Notes: a model not told the origin generated them from the letters alone. Positions 28,875-39,267 are shown, counted from the stretch's first letter. The stretch is 49,975 nt of DNA from Pseudorhodobacter antarcticus (GCA_945897655.1 CAMDHB010000001.1:1-49975); one strand, 5' to 3'. Numbers and translations: made by a program.

Positions 28875-29873
28875 TCAAACGCCGATTCGGGCCACCGAAT
28901 CGCGCAGGACCAGTGGGCAGTCCACCTTGAGCCGTTGATAGGGCAGGGGGCGCCCGCCTTCGGTCAGCAGGGTTATTGCCAGACGGGCCATCTCGTCATG
29001 CGGCAGTTGCACGGTTGACAGGGGTGGCGCCAGATGAGCCCCCAGATCTTCGTTGTCATACCCGATGACCGAGACATCATCGGGAATCGCCAGACCACTG
29101 GCGCGGATCGCCTCACACGCGCCAATGGCAACCCGGTCATTGAAGCAGGTCACGGCAGTTGGGCGCTGGTCCAGAAGGCCCAACATGGCGGCGCGGCCAG
29201 ACCCGACGGTCCATGCCGGGCGTGAAACAAGGGCCGGGTCAAACGGAATGTCATGGGCGGCCAGCGCCTGTTTGTAGCCGCGCAGACGGTCGCGCGTGGC
29301 TTCGGTCCAATCTTCACCCGGCAGATGAGCAATGCGGCGGTGACCGGCCTTGATCAACGCTTCGGTCGCGGCCTGCATGCCGGCCACATCGCCGGGTATC
29401 ACGCAAGGCAGGCGGCGGCTGGGTTCGTGGCAGTTCAGCAGAACTGTCGGCAGGGCAAACAACGGTTCGGGCGGGTGCACGGTGCGGGTGATCAGGCGGG
29501 CATAGATCACCCCCCTCAGATCCAGCGCCGCAAGTGTTTGCAGAATGGCCACCTCATTGGCCGCATCCCCGCCAGTGATGAAGGTAGCCACCAGCCAGCC
29601 AAGTGCGGCCGCCTCATCCTTGGCGGCGTCAAGGAAGGGGGTGGCGAAGGGGGTTGTCGTCACTTCGTCAATCAGCAGGGCCACCACGCCAGACCCACCG
29701 CCCCGCGCCAGACCGCGCCGGGCATAGCCCATCTCGGCCGCAAGGGATTGCACCTTTTCACGGGTTTCCGCAGAAATGCGTGCTGTCGTCCCGCCGGACA
29801 GGACCAGCGACACCGTCGCCTGCGAGACGCCAGCGGCAAGGGCGATGTCCACCATGGTTGGGCGTTTGGTCAT
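28875..29873 (-). CDS. LacI family transcriptional regulator
   Basis: PTMVDIALAAGVSQATVSLVL; IPDDVSVIGYDN; PPLSTV. Confidence 0.93.
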   Translation of the reverse strand: MTKRPTMVDIALAAGVSQATVSLVLSGGTTARISAETREKVQSLAAEMGYARRGLARGGGSGVVALLIDEVTTTPFATPFLDAAKDEAAALGWLVATFITGGDAANEVAILQTLAALDLRGVIYARLITRTVHPPEPLFALPTVLLNCHEPSRRLPCVIPGDVAGMQAATEALIKAGHRRIAHLPGEDWTEATRDRLRGYKQALAAHDIPFDPALVSRPAWTVGSGRAAMLGLLDQRPTAVTCFNDRVAIGACEAIRASGLAIPDDVSVIGYDNEDLGAHLAPPLSTVQLPHDEMARLAITLLTEGGRPLPYQRLKVDCPLVLRDSVARIGV

Positions 29874-29966
29874 GACCCCGGCATAGACGCCACGAATCGT
29901 CTTGCCAAGTCTTGGATTAGGACGGATGATAATTTTATAACTGAAATATTTTCAAAGGGGGTCACC

Positions 29967-32660
29967 ATGGCCACGTCAAGCGCAGGCAGGACAACGGTTT
30001 CGCTGGATGGCGCGTGGGACTTTGTCCACCATTCCGATGGGGTGGCGCGTCAGGCCATGGTGCCGATGCCGTGGCAGGCATCCTTTGCCGACCTGCGGCA
30101 GGCCTATGGCCATGCAACCTACAGCCGGGATGTGACCATTCCAGCGGATGGCGCAACGTACCTCTGCTTTGGCGCCGTCTCCTATTTCGCCACCGTCCGT
30201 CTGGCGGGGCGCGAGGTGGCGCAGCATGACAACGGCTGGTTGCCGTTTGACGTGGCGGTGCCGGATGACCTGCGGGGCCAAACCGTGCGGGTCGAGGTGG
30301 AGTGCCATCTGCCCGGCCCCGACGACGCCAGCCCCAACAATTTCGGCGATATCCCGCATGGCAAGATGAGCTGGTATGGCCCGACCGGCGGGATATGGCA
30401 GTCGGTGCGGATGGAGACGCGGGCGGCGCGGCATCTGACGTCCTGCGCGATTTCGTCTGATCCTGCCACGGGTCAGGTTGCGGTCACCCTGACCGAAACC
30501 GGCAGCGGCCCCCGCACCCTGCAAGTGCTGGATCCGGCCGGTCAAGTCGTCGCCTCTGGCACCGATCTGACCGTGGCAAACCCCCGCCTGTGGTCGCCTG
30601 AGGATCCCGCCCTGTACCGCCTGCGCGTTGATCTGGGCGGCGATGTGACCGAGCACAGCTTTGGTTTCCGCAGCTTTACCACCGCCAAGGGGCAGATGTT
30701 CCTGAACGGCAAACCCTTCTTCATGCGGGCGGCGCTGGATCAGGATTACTACCCCGAAGGCATCTGCACCCCGCCTTCGACCGCCTATCTGGAAGATCAG
30801 TTCCGCAAGGCCAAAGCCTTGGGCCTGAACATGCTGCGCTATCACATCAAGGTGCCCGACCCCCGGTATCTGGAGGTGGCGGACCGTCTGGGGATGCTGC
30901 TGTGGTACGACTTGCCCAACACCGGCACCCTGTCTGATGCGGCGGCAGGGCGGTTGAAGCAAACGATGGAAGGCATGATTGCCCGCGATGGCAACCATCC
31001 GTCGATCGTGATCTGGACCCTGATCAACGAGGATTGGGGTATCCGGCTGTGCGATGACCCGGCCCATCGGCGCTGGTTGGAGGGGATGGTGGATTGGCTG
31101 CGGCAGCGCGATCCGTCGCGACTGGTCTGTGACAACTCACCCTGTCAGGGGAATTTCCATGTCAAAAGCGATCTGGACGACTTCCACTATTACCGGTCTG
31201 TCCCCGAACGGCGTGACGAATGGGATGCCCTGACGGCAGAATTTGCCCAAGGTGCCGCTTGGACATGGTCGCCCTTTGGCGATGGCGAACGGCGGGGGGA
31301 TGAACCCAAGATCGTTTCGGAATTCGGCGTCTGGGGCCTGCCGCAACCGGCGCAAGTGAAACTGAACGGGGCCGAGCCGTGGTGGATGGAGACGGGCCAG
31401 CTTTGGGGCGATGGCGCGGCCTATCCGCATGGGATCGAACGGCGTTTTGCCAGCCTTGGGTTGAACCGGGTGTTTGGCAGTTTGGAAAACATGGTGACAC
31501 AGGCCCAGTGGTATCAGTTCGCCAATCTGAAATACGAGATCGAGGTGATGCGCGCCTGGCCGCAGATTCAAGGCTATGTCATCACCGAATTGACCGATGT
31601 TCATTGGGAGTCTAACGGACTTCTGGATATGAACCGCAACCCGCGTGTGTTCCATGACCGTTTGGGTCAGGTGAATGCCGATGTGGTCATTGTGCCCAAG
31701 GTCGACCGCTATGCCGGAACCGCCGGGCAGGACTGGACGATGGATCTGGCCATTGCCAGCGGTGGCACCGTTTTGTCCCCGGGTGTGCTGCACTGGTCTG
31801 ACGGCACCAATGGAGGCGAGATTGCCTTTCCCGGGGCTGATGCCCTGACGGCAACTGACCTGGGTCCGCTGACCCTGACCCTGCCTGATGTCGACCAGAA
31901 CCGCATGCTGACGCTGTCACTGGTGCTGCACTGCGGCGGGCAGGTCGTGGCGCGCAATCAGGTTGATCTGGCACTTTATGCGCCACGTTTGACGGAAGGC
32001 CTGCCCCGGGTTGCGACCAGCGATGCAGCACTGGCCACCCGCGCCCAGGCCCTTGGCTATGCCGTTGTTGCCGCAGATCAGGCAGATGTCACCCTGGCCC
32101 TCGCGCTGGACGAGGCAGATGTCAGGGCCATGCAGGCGGGTGCGCGATATCTGGTTCTGGCGGATGGCACGGTAAAAACCGAAGGAAATCTGCGGGTTGA
32201 AACGCGTGGACGCGAGCAGCCCTTTATTCCTGTGGTGGATGAAACCCCCGGCGTTCCGGTTGGCGCGCAGTTCCCCTTGCCCAACATCACCTTGATGGCC
32301 CGGCACAACACCATGTGGCGCGGCGACTGGATTGCGGGCTTCAGCTGGATCCGGCGCGAGGGCGTTTTCGCCGATCTGCCGGGCGGGCCGCTGATTGACC
32401 TGTCCTTCTCGGATGTGGTGCCGCGCCATGTTCTGGGTGGCTTTTCGGGCTGGGAATTTGGCGGGCCGGTCCATGCCGGTGTCGTTGTCGGCTGGGTTCA
32501 CAAACCCGCCGCCCTGATCGCCGAACGGCCCGTGGGCCGGGGTGCTGTGGTTGCCAGCACATTCCGGCTGACCGGATCGGCCCCCGGTGCAGACCCTGTG
32601 GCGGATGCGCTGCTGGACCGTCTGGTCAAACTGGCCGCGTCACAGCGCGTGGCTGATTGA
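29967..32660 (+). CDS. Glycoside hydrolase family 2 (beta-glycosidase)
   Basis: SLDGAWDF, PRLWSPEDPALY, FGFRSF, GLNMLRYHIK, NHPSIVIWTLINEDWG (acid/base) and IVSEFG (nucleophile). The ORF-track start at 29253 overlaps lacI; ATG 29967 has an SD. Confidence 0.88.
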   Translation: MATSSAGRTTVSLDGAWDFVHHSDGVARQAMVPMPWQASFADLRQAYGHATYSRDVTIPADGATYLCFGAVSYFATVRLAGREVAQHDNGWLPFDVAVPDDLRGQTVRVEVECHLPGPDDASPNNFGDIPHGKMSWYGPTGGIWQSVRMETRAARHLTSCAISSDPATGQVAVTLTETGSGPRTLQVLDPAGQVVASGTDLTVANPRLWSPEDPALYRLRVDLGGDVTEHSFGFRSFTTAKGQMFLNGKPFFMRAALDQDYYPEGICTPPSTAYLEDQFRKAKALGLNMLRYHIKVPDPRYLEVADRLGMLLWYDLPNTGTLSDAAAGRLKQTMEGMIARDGNHPSIVIWTLINEDWGIRLCDDPAHRRWLEGMVDWLRQRDPSRLVCDNSPCQGNFHVKSDLDDFHYYRSVPERRDEWDALTAEFAQGAAWTWSPFGDGERRGDEPKIVSEFGVWGLPQPAQVKLNGAEPWWMETGQLWGDGAAYPHGIERRFASLGLNRVFGSLENMVTQAQWYQFANLKYEIEVMRAWPQIQGYVITELTDVHWESNGLLDMNRNPRVFHDRLGQVNADVVIVPKVDRYAGTAGQDWTMDLAIASGGTVLSPGVLHWSDGTNGGEIAFPGADALTATDLGPLTLTLPDVDQNRMLTLSLVLHCGGQVVARNQVDLALYAPRLTEGLPRVATSDAALATRAQALGYAVVAADQADVTLALALDEADVRAMQAGARYLVLADGTVKTEGNLRVETRGREQPFIPVVDETPGVPVGAQFPLPNITLMARHNTMWRGDWIAGFSWIRREGVFADLPGGPLIDLSFSDVVPRHVLGGFSGWEFGGPVHAGVVVGWVHKPAALIAERPVGRGAVVASTFRLTGSAPGADPVADALLDRLVKLAASQRVAD

Positions 32661-32673
32661 TGTATCAAGATGG

Positions 32674-32725
32674 CCGATACATATCGACAAACCTGTTGAC
32701 AGAAATGTCCCGCGCTCCTTACACT
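32674..32725 (+). promoter_or_regulatory. Operator-like motif plus sigma70 promoter of the third ABC operon
   Basis: CCGATACATATCGACAAA (32674-32691), then TTGACA-N18-TACACT (32696-32725). Confidence 0.55.
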
Positions 32726-32885
32726 GACTTCATTGCAGGTTAACGATCTCGACCGGCCCGGAGGAGGGGCCAGCCGAAATCGAGCTGTGCCGGATTACCG
32801 GCCCGTTCGTCTGCGCGCGCCCGCAGGTGAGCGGACAGGTCTTGGCGTGGAAGCTCTTGGCTACTGGAAAAAACGGGAGGACTAA

Positions 32886-34154
32886 ATGCGTTTTACAATC
32901 AAGGCGGGCGTGCTTGCTGCTGTCATGGCAGCAACGGGCGCACAGGCCAAGGAAACCGTCGTATGGTGGGATTTCCTGGGCGGCGGCGACGGCGTGCGGA
33001 TGAAGAAACTGATCGAGGACTTCAACGCCGCTCATGCGGACACCATCGAAATTCAGGCAACCACGCTGGATTGGGGCACACCGTTCTATTCCAAGGTGCA
33101 AACCTCGGCTGCGGTTGGCGAAGGTCCTGACGTCATGACCTATCACGCCAGCCGTATTCCGCTGGCCGTGAGCCAGGGCACCCTGACCGAACTGACCGCC
33201 GACGATATGGCGGCGATGGGCCTGACGTCGGGCAGCTTTGCTTCGGCAACCTGGGATGCCGTGAATGTGGACGGCAAGCAGTACGCCGTTCCCTTCGACA
33301 CGCACCCGATCGTTCTGTACTACAACAAGGACCTGTTGGAAAAGTCGGGCCTGATCGGGGCTGATGGCTTGCCCGCTGGTCTGGACGGGTTGGACAACTT
33401 CAACGCCGCCCTGCAGAAGCTGAAGGATGACGGCAACGAGTGGGCGATTGCGCAGGTTACCGCAGACGGCGGCTTTGCGTTCCGCACGATCTATTCCTTC
33501 CTGTGCCAGCAAGACGGTAACATCGGCACCGATGGCGATTGGTTCCCGGGCGACAGCCAAGAGAAGCTGGCGAATGCCGTTGGCGTGATCGCGAACTGGG
33601 TCGAGCAGGGCTATAACCCCGGCGCCACCGACTATCCGACGACCGTTGCCTTGTTCACCAGCGGCAAGTCGCCGTTCATGATCAACGGCGTGTGGGAAGT
33701 GCCCACGATGTCTGACCTTGCAGCCAAGGGCGAACTGTTCAACTGGGGTGCCATCGAAATCCCGGCGCTGTTCAACCATCCCTGCACCTATTCGGACAGC
33801 CATGCCTTCGCGATCCCGAACAATGCCGGCAAACCTGCCACCCCGGAAAAGCACGCAGCTGTTCTGGAAGTGATCAAGTTCATGGCCGACAACTCGCTGT
33901 TCTGGGCAACTGCGGGCCACGTCCCGGCCAACGTCGCCGTGACCGAAACTGCCGAATACAAGGCCATGCAGCCGCAGGCGACCTATGCCAAGCTGACTGC
34001 AAACGCCGTGTTTGACCCCAAGTCGGTCAACGCTGGCGTCGCCTCCCCCTTGTTTGATGCGGCAGGCAATGCCTTCACCGCTGCGATCAACGGCGAGACG
34101 GACCCGGCAACTGCCGTGGCCGACATGAAGGCCGAACTGGACGCACTCGAGTAA
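32886..34154 (+). CDS. Sugar ABC transporter substrate-binding protein
   Basis: Signal peptide AQA-KE; YAVPFDTHPIVLYYNKDLL; GGGAGG SD. Confidence 0.9.
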   Translation: MRFTIKAGVLAAVMAATGAQAKETVVWWDFLGGGDGVRMKKLIEDFNAAHADTIEIQATTLDWGTPFYSKVQTSAAVGEGPDVMTYHASRIPLAVSQGTLTELTADDMAAMGLTSGSFASATWDAVNVDGKQYAVPFDTHPIVLYYNKDLLEKSGLIGADGLPAGLDGLDNFNAALQKLKDDGNEWAIAQVTADGGFAFRTIYSFLCQQDGNIGTDGDWFPGDSQEKLANAVGVIANWVEQGYNPGATDYPTTVALFTSGKSPFMINGVWEVPTMSDLAAKGELFNWGAIEIPALFNHPCTYSDSHAFAIPNNAGKPATPEKHAAVLEVIKFMADNSLFWATAGHVPANVAVTETAEYKAMQPQATYAKLTANAVFDPKSVNAGVASPLFDAAGNAFTAAINGETDPATAVADMKAELDALE

Positions 34155-34165
34155 GCCTGATGCGA

Positions 34166-34192
34166 CCGGCGGGCCCCAATCGGGCCCGCCGG
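34166..34192 (+). terminator. Stem-loop after the SBP gene
   Basis: CCGGCGGGCCC-caatc-GGGCCCGCCGG followed by ACTTTT. Confidence 0.6.
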
Positions 34193-34216
34193 ACTTTTGA
34201 CTGAAATGGGGCGGGC

Positions 34217-35095
34217 ATGCTGAGAAACCGGCGAAGCGAAATCATGGTGGCCTATATCCTGGTGGCCCCGTTCATTCTCATTTACGGCTGGATGTTCATC
34301 TATCCCACGATCCAGATGGTCCAGATGAGCTTTACCAAATCCCCGCTGATCGGCGCGGGGGAGTGGGTGGGCCTCAAGAACTACATCCGGATGTTCAAAG
34401 ACCCGACATTCTACAAGTCCGTCGTCAACACCTCTTACTTCGTTCTGCTGACCGTCGTGCCCGGAACGCTGGTCGCCCTGGGGATCGCCCTGATGGTGCG
34501 GCGTTTGAATGGCTGGGTGCAAAGCGTTGTTCTGGCAGCATTCTTTTTGCCCTATGTCTTGCCGATTTCGGTGGTCTACGTGATCTGGGATTGGCTGACC
34601 AACAAGCAGTTTGGCATGTTGCAGGGGCTGATCATCCCGTTCACCGGCGAATCCGTGAACATCTGGCGCACGGTCCCGTGGTTCATGCCCGGTGTCGCCG
34701 TGATCACCATCTGGTGGACAAACGGATTTTCCATCCTTCTGTTCCTGGCGGGGCTGCGCAACATCCCGCAAGAACTGTACGAGGCCGCAGCCCTTGACGG
34801 TGCCACGCGACGGCAAATGCTGACGCGGATCACCCTGCCCCTGCTTTGGCCCATCACCGTGCTGTGCCTGACGATCCAGCTGATCCTGCAGATGAAGATC
34901 TTTGATCAGGTCTATCTGTTTGCGATGGGTGGGCGGACGCAGGCGACCATGGTTATGGTGCAGTATATCTATGAACAGGCCTTCCAGAAAAACGCAGGCG
35001 GTTATGCAGCGACGCTAGCTGTGGCGCTGTTCGTGGTGGTCGTGGTCTTTTCCATCCTGCAATTCCAAATTCTGCGCATGCGGGGGCAAAGATGA
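34217..35095 (+). CDS. Sugar ABC transporter permease
   Basis: LYEAAALDGATRRQML EAA loop. Confidence 0.92.
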   Translation: MLRNRRSEIMVAYILVAPFILIYGWMFIYPTIQMVQMSFTKSPLIGAGEWVGLKNYIRMFKDPTFYKSVVNTSYFVLLTVVPGTLVALGIALMVRRLNGWVQSVVLAAFFLPYVLPISVVYVIWDWLTNKQFGMLQGLIIPFTGESVNIWRTVPWFMPGVAVITIWWTNGFSILLFLAGLRNIPQELYEAAALDGATRRQMLTRITLPLLWPITVLCLTIQLILQMKIFDQVYLFAMGGRTQATMVMVQYIYEQAFQKNAGGYAATLAVALFVVVVVFSILQFQILRMRGQR

Positions 35096-35937
35096 GCGTT
35101 ACCTCGACCTCCCGCCGCCGCATTGAAACAGGGGCAGTTCTGCTGACCGCGCTGACGGCGATTTGCGCCCTGCTTTGGTTTTTCCCAATCTATTGGGCCA
35201 TCATCACCAGCCTGCGGTTTGACCAGGACACCGTCACCGACTTTGCCCTGTTCCCCAAAAGCCCGACACTGTCGGCCTACATCTTCACCATCGAGAACTC
35301 GAACCTTTTGCGGTGGTACTTCAATTCGACGGTCACGTCGGTGACCATTACCATCATCACCGTCGCGATGGCGGCGTGCACTGGTTACGCAATTTCGCAG
35401 CTCAGCTTTCCCGGGCGCAAGCTGTTGTGGTGGACGATCCTGGCCAGCTTCATGGTCCCGGTGTCGGCACTGATCGTGAACCACTTCATCATCATCGCCC
35501 AGATCAAGCTTTTGAACAGCTATGCCGGCATCATCCTGCCAATGTTGCTGCATCCGGTCACGGTCATCGTCTACAAACAGTTTTTCGATGGCCTGCCGCG
35601 CGAGTTCCGCGAGGCGGCCGTAATGGATGGCGCGACCGAGTTTCAGCTGCTGTTCCGCATCTTCTTGCCCATGAACTGGGGCGTCACCACGGCGCTGGCG
35701 ATCATCACCTTCATTGGCGCGTGGAACTCGTTCCTGTGGCCGTTCCTGGCCGCGCAGGACGAAACCATGATGACCGTCACAGTTGGCATCACGGCGGTGC
35801 AAGACGCTTATGGCGTGGCTTACGGCCGGGTCCTGTCAGGCGCCGTTCTGGCCGGATTGCCGGTGGCGCTGGCCTATCTGCTGTTCCAGCGCCGGGTCAC
35901 CCAGGCCATCACACTTTCAGCCGGAATCAAGGGGTAA
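35092..35937 (+). CDS. Sugar ABC transporter permease
   Basis: FREAAVMDGATEFQLLF EAA loop. Confidence 0.92.
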   Translation: MSVTSTSRRRIETGAVLLTALTAICALLWFFPIYWAIITSLRFDQDTVTDFALFPKSPTLSAYIFTIENSNLLRWYFNSTVTSVTITIITVAMAACTGYAISQLSFPGRKLLWWTILASFMVPVSALIVNHFIIIAQIKLLNSYAGIILPMLLHPVTVIVYKQFFDGLPREFREAAVMDGATEFQLLFRIFLPMNWGVTTALAIITFIGAWNSFLWPFLAAQDETMMTVTVGITAVQDAYGVAYGRVLSGAVLAGLPVALAYLLFQRRVTQAITLSAGIKG

Positions 35938-35940
35938 AGC

Positions 35941-36990
35941 ATGGCATCGTTGGAACTGACTTCCATCGCCAAGAAATACGGGGCTGTCGAGGTGATGCGC
36001 GGGCTGAACCTGAAGGTTCAGGATGGCGCGTTCTGCGCGCTGCTGGGGCCGTCGGGCTGTGGCAAATCCACCCTGCTGCGCATGATTGCCGGGCTGGAAA
36101 CGGTCACTGAAGGCAATATCCGCATCGACAGCACCGATGTAACGCATGAGGAACCGTCGCGGCGCGGGGTCGCGATGGTGTTTCAGAACTATGCGCTTTA
36201 TCCGCATCTGACCGTGCGGCAGAACATCGGCTTTTCGCTGTCGCTGGCCGGGGCAACCAAGGCGGTGCAAACCGAAAAGGCCGATGTCGTGGCCAAGATG
36301 CTGCAACTGGAACCGCTGATGGACCGCCGCCCGGCGGAACTGTCGGGCGGGCAGCGGCAGCGCGTGGCAATCGGGCGGGCGCTGGTGCGTGACCCCAAGG
36401 TGTTCCTGTTTGACGAACCCTTGTCGAACCTGGACGCGTTGCTGCGGGTGCAGATGCGGCTGGAACTGGCCAAGCTGCATCAGGACCTGAAAACCACGAT
36501 GATCTATGTGACCCATGATCAGGTCGAGGCGATGACGCTGGCCGACCAGATCGTTGTTCTGGACAAGGGCGTCGTGCAGCAGGTTGGCAGCCCGCTTGAC
36601 CTGTACAACGCCCCTGCCAACCGCTTTGTTGCGGGCTTCATCGGCAGCCCGGCCATGAACTTTCTGGCGGTGTCGGCGGATGGCAGCGATCTGGTGCTGC
36701 CCGGTGGCGGGCGTCTGGCGGGTGCGGCGCAGGGCAGGGTGGTCGAGGTTGGGATCAGGCCGGAACATGTGCGCATCGTGGCAGATGGTGCTGGCCTGAT
36801 ACGGGGCACGACGCGGGTGGTCGAACAGCTTGGCAACACCTCGTTCGTCTATGTCGACATCCCCTCTGGCACCTTTGTGGTCGAGGTGGCGCCCGATGCC
36901 ACGCCATCGCCGGGGCAAAGCGTTGACCTGGCGCTGGACATGTCACGCCTGCACAAATTCTCGGCCGACGGTGCCCGTCTGGCGAATTAA
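35941..36990 (+). CDS. Sugar ABC transporter ATP-binding protein
   Basis: [16 protein letters not shown] and DEPLSNLD motifs. Confidence 0.95.
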   Translation: MASLELTSIAKKYGAVEVMRGLNLKVQDGAFCALLGPSGCGKSTLLRMIAGLETVTEGNIRIDSTDVTHEEPSRRGVAMVFQNYALYPHLTVRQNIGFSLSLAGATKAVQTEKADVVAKMLQLEPLMDRRPAELSGGQRQRVAIGRALVRDPKVFLFDEPLSNLDALLRVQMRLELAKLHQDLKTTMIYVTHDQVEAMTLADQIVVLDKGVVQQVGSPLDLYNAPANRFVAGFIGSPAMNFLAVSADGSDLVLPGGGRLAGAAQGRVVEVGIRPEHVRIVADGAGLIRGTTRVVEQLGNTSFVYVDIPSGTFVVEVAPDATPSPGQSVDLALDMSRLHKFSADGARLAN

Positions 36991-37041
36991 GAACGAACGT
37001 TCGTCACATTGCAGGTCCACGGCAAGCGCCGTGGTCCTGCG

Positions 37042-38523
37042 CTAAAAGGCCATCGTCGCCGCGACCGCCCTCTTCCACCTTGCATACTTTGCATCCCGCT
37101 CGGCTGGGGCCATGATGGGCTGAAAGCGGTGCTGCAAGGCCCAGTTGCCTGCAAACGCCGCAGGTTCGGGGCACAGCCCCACCTGCAACCCGGCCAGATA
37201 GGCGGCACCCAGCGCCGTCGTTTCGGTCACCACGGGCCGGTCAACTGGTGCGCCGATGATGTCAGCCAGAAATTGCATCGTCCAATTGCTGGCCACCATC
37301 CCGCCATCGACCCGCAAGACCCCATCCGCCGCACCACCCCAATCGGTGCGCATCGCCTCCAGCAGGTCACGGGTCTGATAACCCACGGATTCCAGCGCCG
37401 CCCGCGCCAGTTCGGCAGGCCCGGAATTGCGGGTCAGGCCAAAGACGGCACCACGGCAATCAGGCTGCCAATAGGGCGCGCCAAGGCCGGTGAAAGCGGG
37501 CACCAGAATAACACCCTGCGACGCATCCGCAGCCTCGGCCAAGGCTTGGGTTTCGGGCGCGGCGCCAATGGTCTTCAGCCCATCCCGCAGCCATTGCACC
37601 ACAGCCCCGGCGATGAAGATCGACCCCTCCAGCGCGTAAGTCGGCTTGCCGCCCAGCCGGTAAGCCACCGTCGTCAGCATCCGGTTGGTGGATGGCACCA
37701 TATGTGAACCCGTGTTCAGCAACGCAAAACACCCGGTGCCATAGGTGGATTTCATCATCCCAGGCTGGAAACAGGCCTGCCCCACCGTCGCCGCCTGCTG
37801 ATCCCCAGCCACCCCCGCAATCGGGATTGCTGCCCCCAAAAGGCTGGCGTCCGTCACGCCAAAGTCCGCCGCACAATCACGAACCTCGGGCAGCATTGCC
37901 ATGGGCACACCCAAAAGGCCGCAAATCTCGGCATCCCATTCCTGCGTCGCGATGTTGAACAGCATCGTGCGCGCCGCATTGGTGGCGTCCGTCGCATGAA
38001 CCCGCCCGCCCGTCAGATGCCAGATCAGAAAGCTGTCCACAGTGCCAAAGGCGAGTTCCCCCTTGGCGGCCCTTTCGGCCAAACCATTCTGATCGAGAAT
38101 CCACTTCACCTTGGTGGCCGAGAAATAGGGGTCCAGCAGCAAACCCGTCCGCGCCGTGATCATCGCCTCGTGCCCTGCCGCCTTCAGCGCGTCACACAGG
38201 CGCGCCGTGCGGCGGTCTTGCCAGACAATCGCGTTATGAACCGGCTTGCCCGTCTTGCGATCCCAAACCACGGTCGTTTCGCGCTGGTTGGTGATGCCGA
38301 TGCCGGCAATATCGGCCGCCGCAATGCCGGTCGTCAGAATAACCGCGCGCGCCGTCTCCAGCACGGTGCGCCACAGATCATCGGGGTCATGTTCAACCCA
38401 GCCCGGTGCGGGGTAATGCTGGTCAAATTCCTGCTGGGCCGTGGCCACGGGTTTCAGCGCGGCATCAAACAAGATCGACCGTGTCGATGTCGTGCCCTGA
38501 TCAATGGCAAGCAAATAGGTCAT
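37042..38523 (-). CDS. glpK: Glycerol kinase
   Basis: [40 protein letters not shown] and KSTYGTGCF motifs. Confidence 0.96.
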   Translation of the reverse strand: MTYLLAIDQGTTSTRSILFDAALKPVATAQQEFDQHYPAPGWVEHDPDDLWRTVLETARAVILTTGIAAADIAGIGITNQRETTVVWDRKTGKPVHNAIVWQDRRTARLCDALKAAGHEAMITARTGLLLDPYFSATKVKWILDQNGLAERAAKGELAFGTVDSFLIWHLTGGRVHATDATNAARTMLFNIATQEWDAEICGLLGVPMAMLPEVRDCAADFGVTDASLLGAAIPIAGVAGDQQAATVGQACFQPGMMKSTYGTGCFALLNTGSHMVPSTNRMLTTVAYRLGGKPTYALEGSIFIAGAVVQWLRDGLKTIGAAPETQALAEAADASQGVILVPAFTGLGAPYWQPDCRGAVFGLTRNSGPAELARAALESVGYQTRDLLEAMRTDWGGAADGVLRVDGGMVASNWTMQFLADIIGAPVDRPVVTETTALGAAYLAGLQVGLCPEPAAFAGNWALQHRFQPIMAPAERDAKYARWKRAVAATMAF

Positions 38524-38793
38524 GGCGGCCCTCCCCGGTTTTTTTCAAAGCTTGGCAGAAGGGAAGACGAATTTGAAGGGCCAGAATCTCGCTGATTCGG
38601 CAGGTTGCGCCACGGGCGACGACTGTCCGTGACCGAAAGGAACGGGCAGAGCCTTCGTCCCTGGCGTCAGGATTGGCAGAGATACCCACAAAACCCCAAG
38701 GAATTCAGCCCCTTGCGGCGCTTTCCCAAAGGACCCCTTGCCGCCCTGACCCCATCGGATAAACTGCCGTCGAACCAGATCAAAGGACGACCC

Positions 38794-38979
38794 ATGCCCA
38801 CCCAAGCGCCCGAAACCCAGATTGTGACGCACTGGAAAATTGCTTGCGACGGCGGCGAAGGTGCCTTGGGCCATCCGCGTGTCTGGCTGACAATCCCGCA
38901 AGACACCGGCTTTGTCGAATGCGGCTATTGCGACAAGCGATTCGAGATCGACCGCGCCCACGCCCATGACGACCACTGA
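38794..38979 (+). CDS. Zinc-finger (zf-CHCC, NDUFS6-like) protein
   Basis: [16 protein letters not shown]...VECGYCD; AAGGA SD. Confidence 0.88.
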   Translation: MPTQAPETQIVTHWKIACDGGEGALGHPRVWLTIPQDTGFVECGYCDKRFEIDRAHAHDDH

Positions 38980-39135
38980 CAGACCTTGCCCAAAGGCCAG
39001 CGCGCCCTTGCGCAGCTTCGGCTGACTCTGATGCCGTGATACAGGGCATTGGATGATAGTCGTTTTTGACCCGCGCGCCGGTGACTGACCAACGAAAGCG
39101 CCAAACAAACAAGATGCTGTGTGTGATCGGGAATT

Positions 39136-39212
39136 TGGTCGGAGCGAGAGGATTCGAACCTCCGACCCCCTGCTCCCGAAGCAGGTGCGCTACCAGACTG
39201 CGCTACGCTCCG
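39136..39212 (-). tRNA. tRNA-Pro(CGG)
   Basis: The reverse complement reads CGGAGCGTAGCGCAGTCTGGTAGCGCACCTGC-TTCGGGA-GCAGG...GGTTCGAATCC...CCGACCA. Confidence 0.95.
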
Positions 39213-39267
39213 ACCGTGGCGCGGGGTTAGCGCACAGGGCCCGGCAATGCAAGAGCGGTTTGGGGGC

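Noticed and set aside
29927-29954. LacI operator (TGATAATTTTATAA / TGAAATATTTTCA) before GH2
   Set aside because: The position is plausible, but these imperfect AT-rich palindromes are too weak to call.
29253-29966. 1135-aa version of the GH2 ORF
   Set aside because: The first 238 codons are the antisense shadow of lacI; ATG 29967 has an SD and GH2-like sequence begins there.
9544-37040. Integrative island at tRNA-Met
   Set aside because: I found no integrase and no duplicated tRNA 3' end near glpK, so it is described only as an accessory region.
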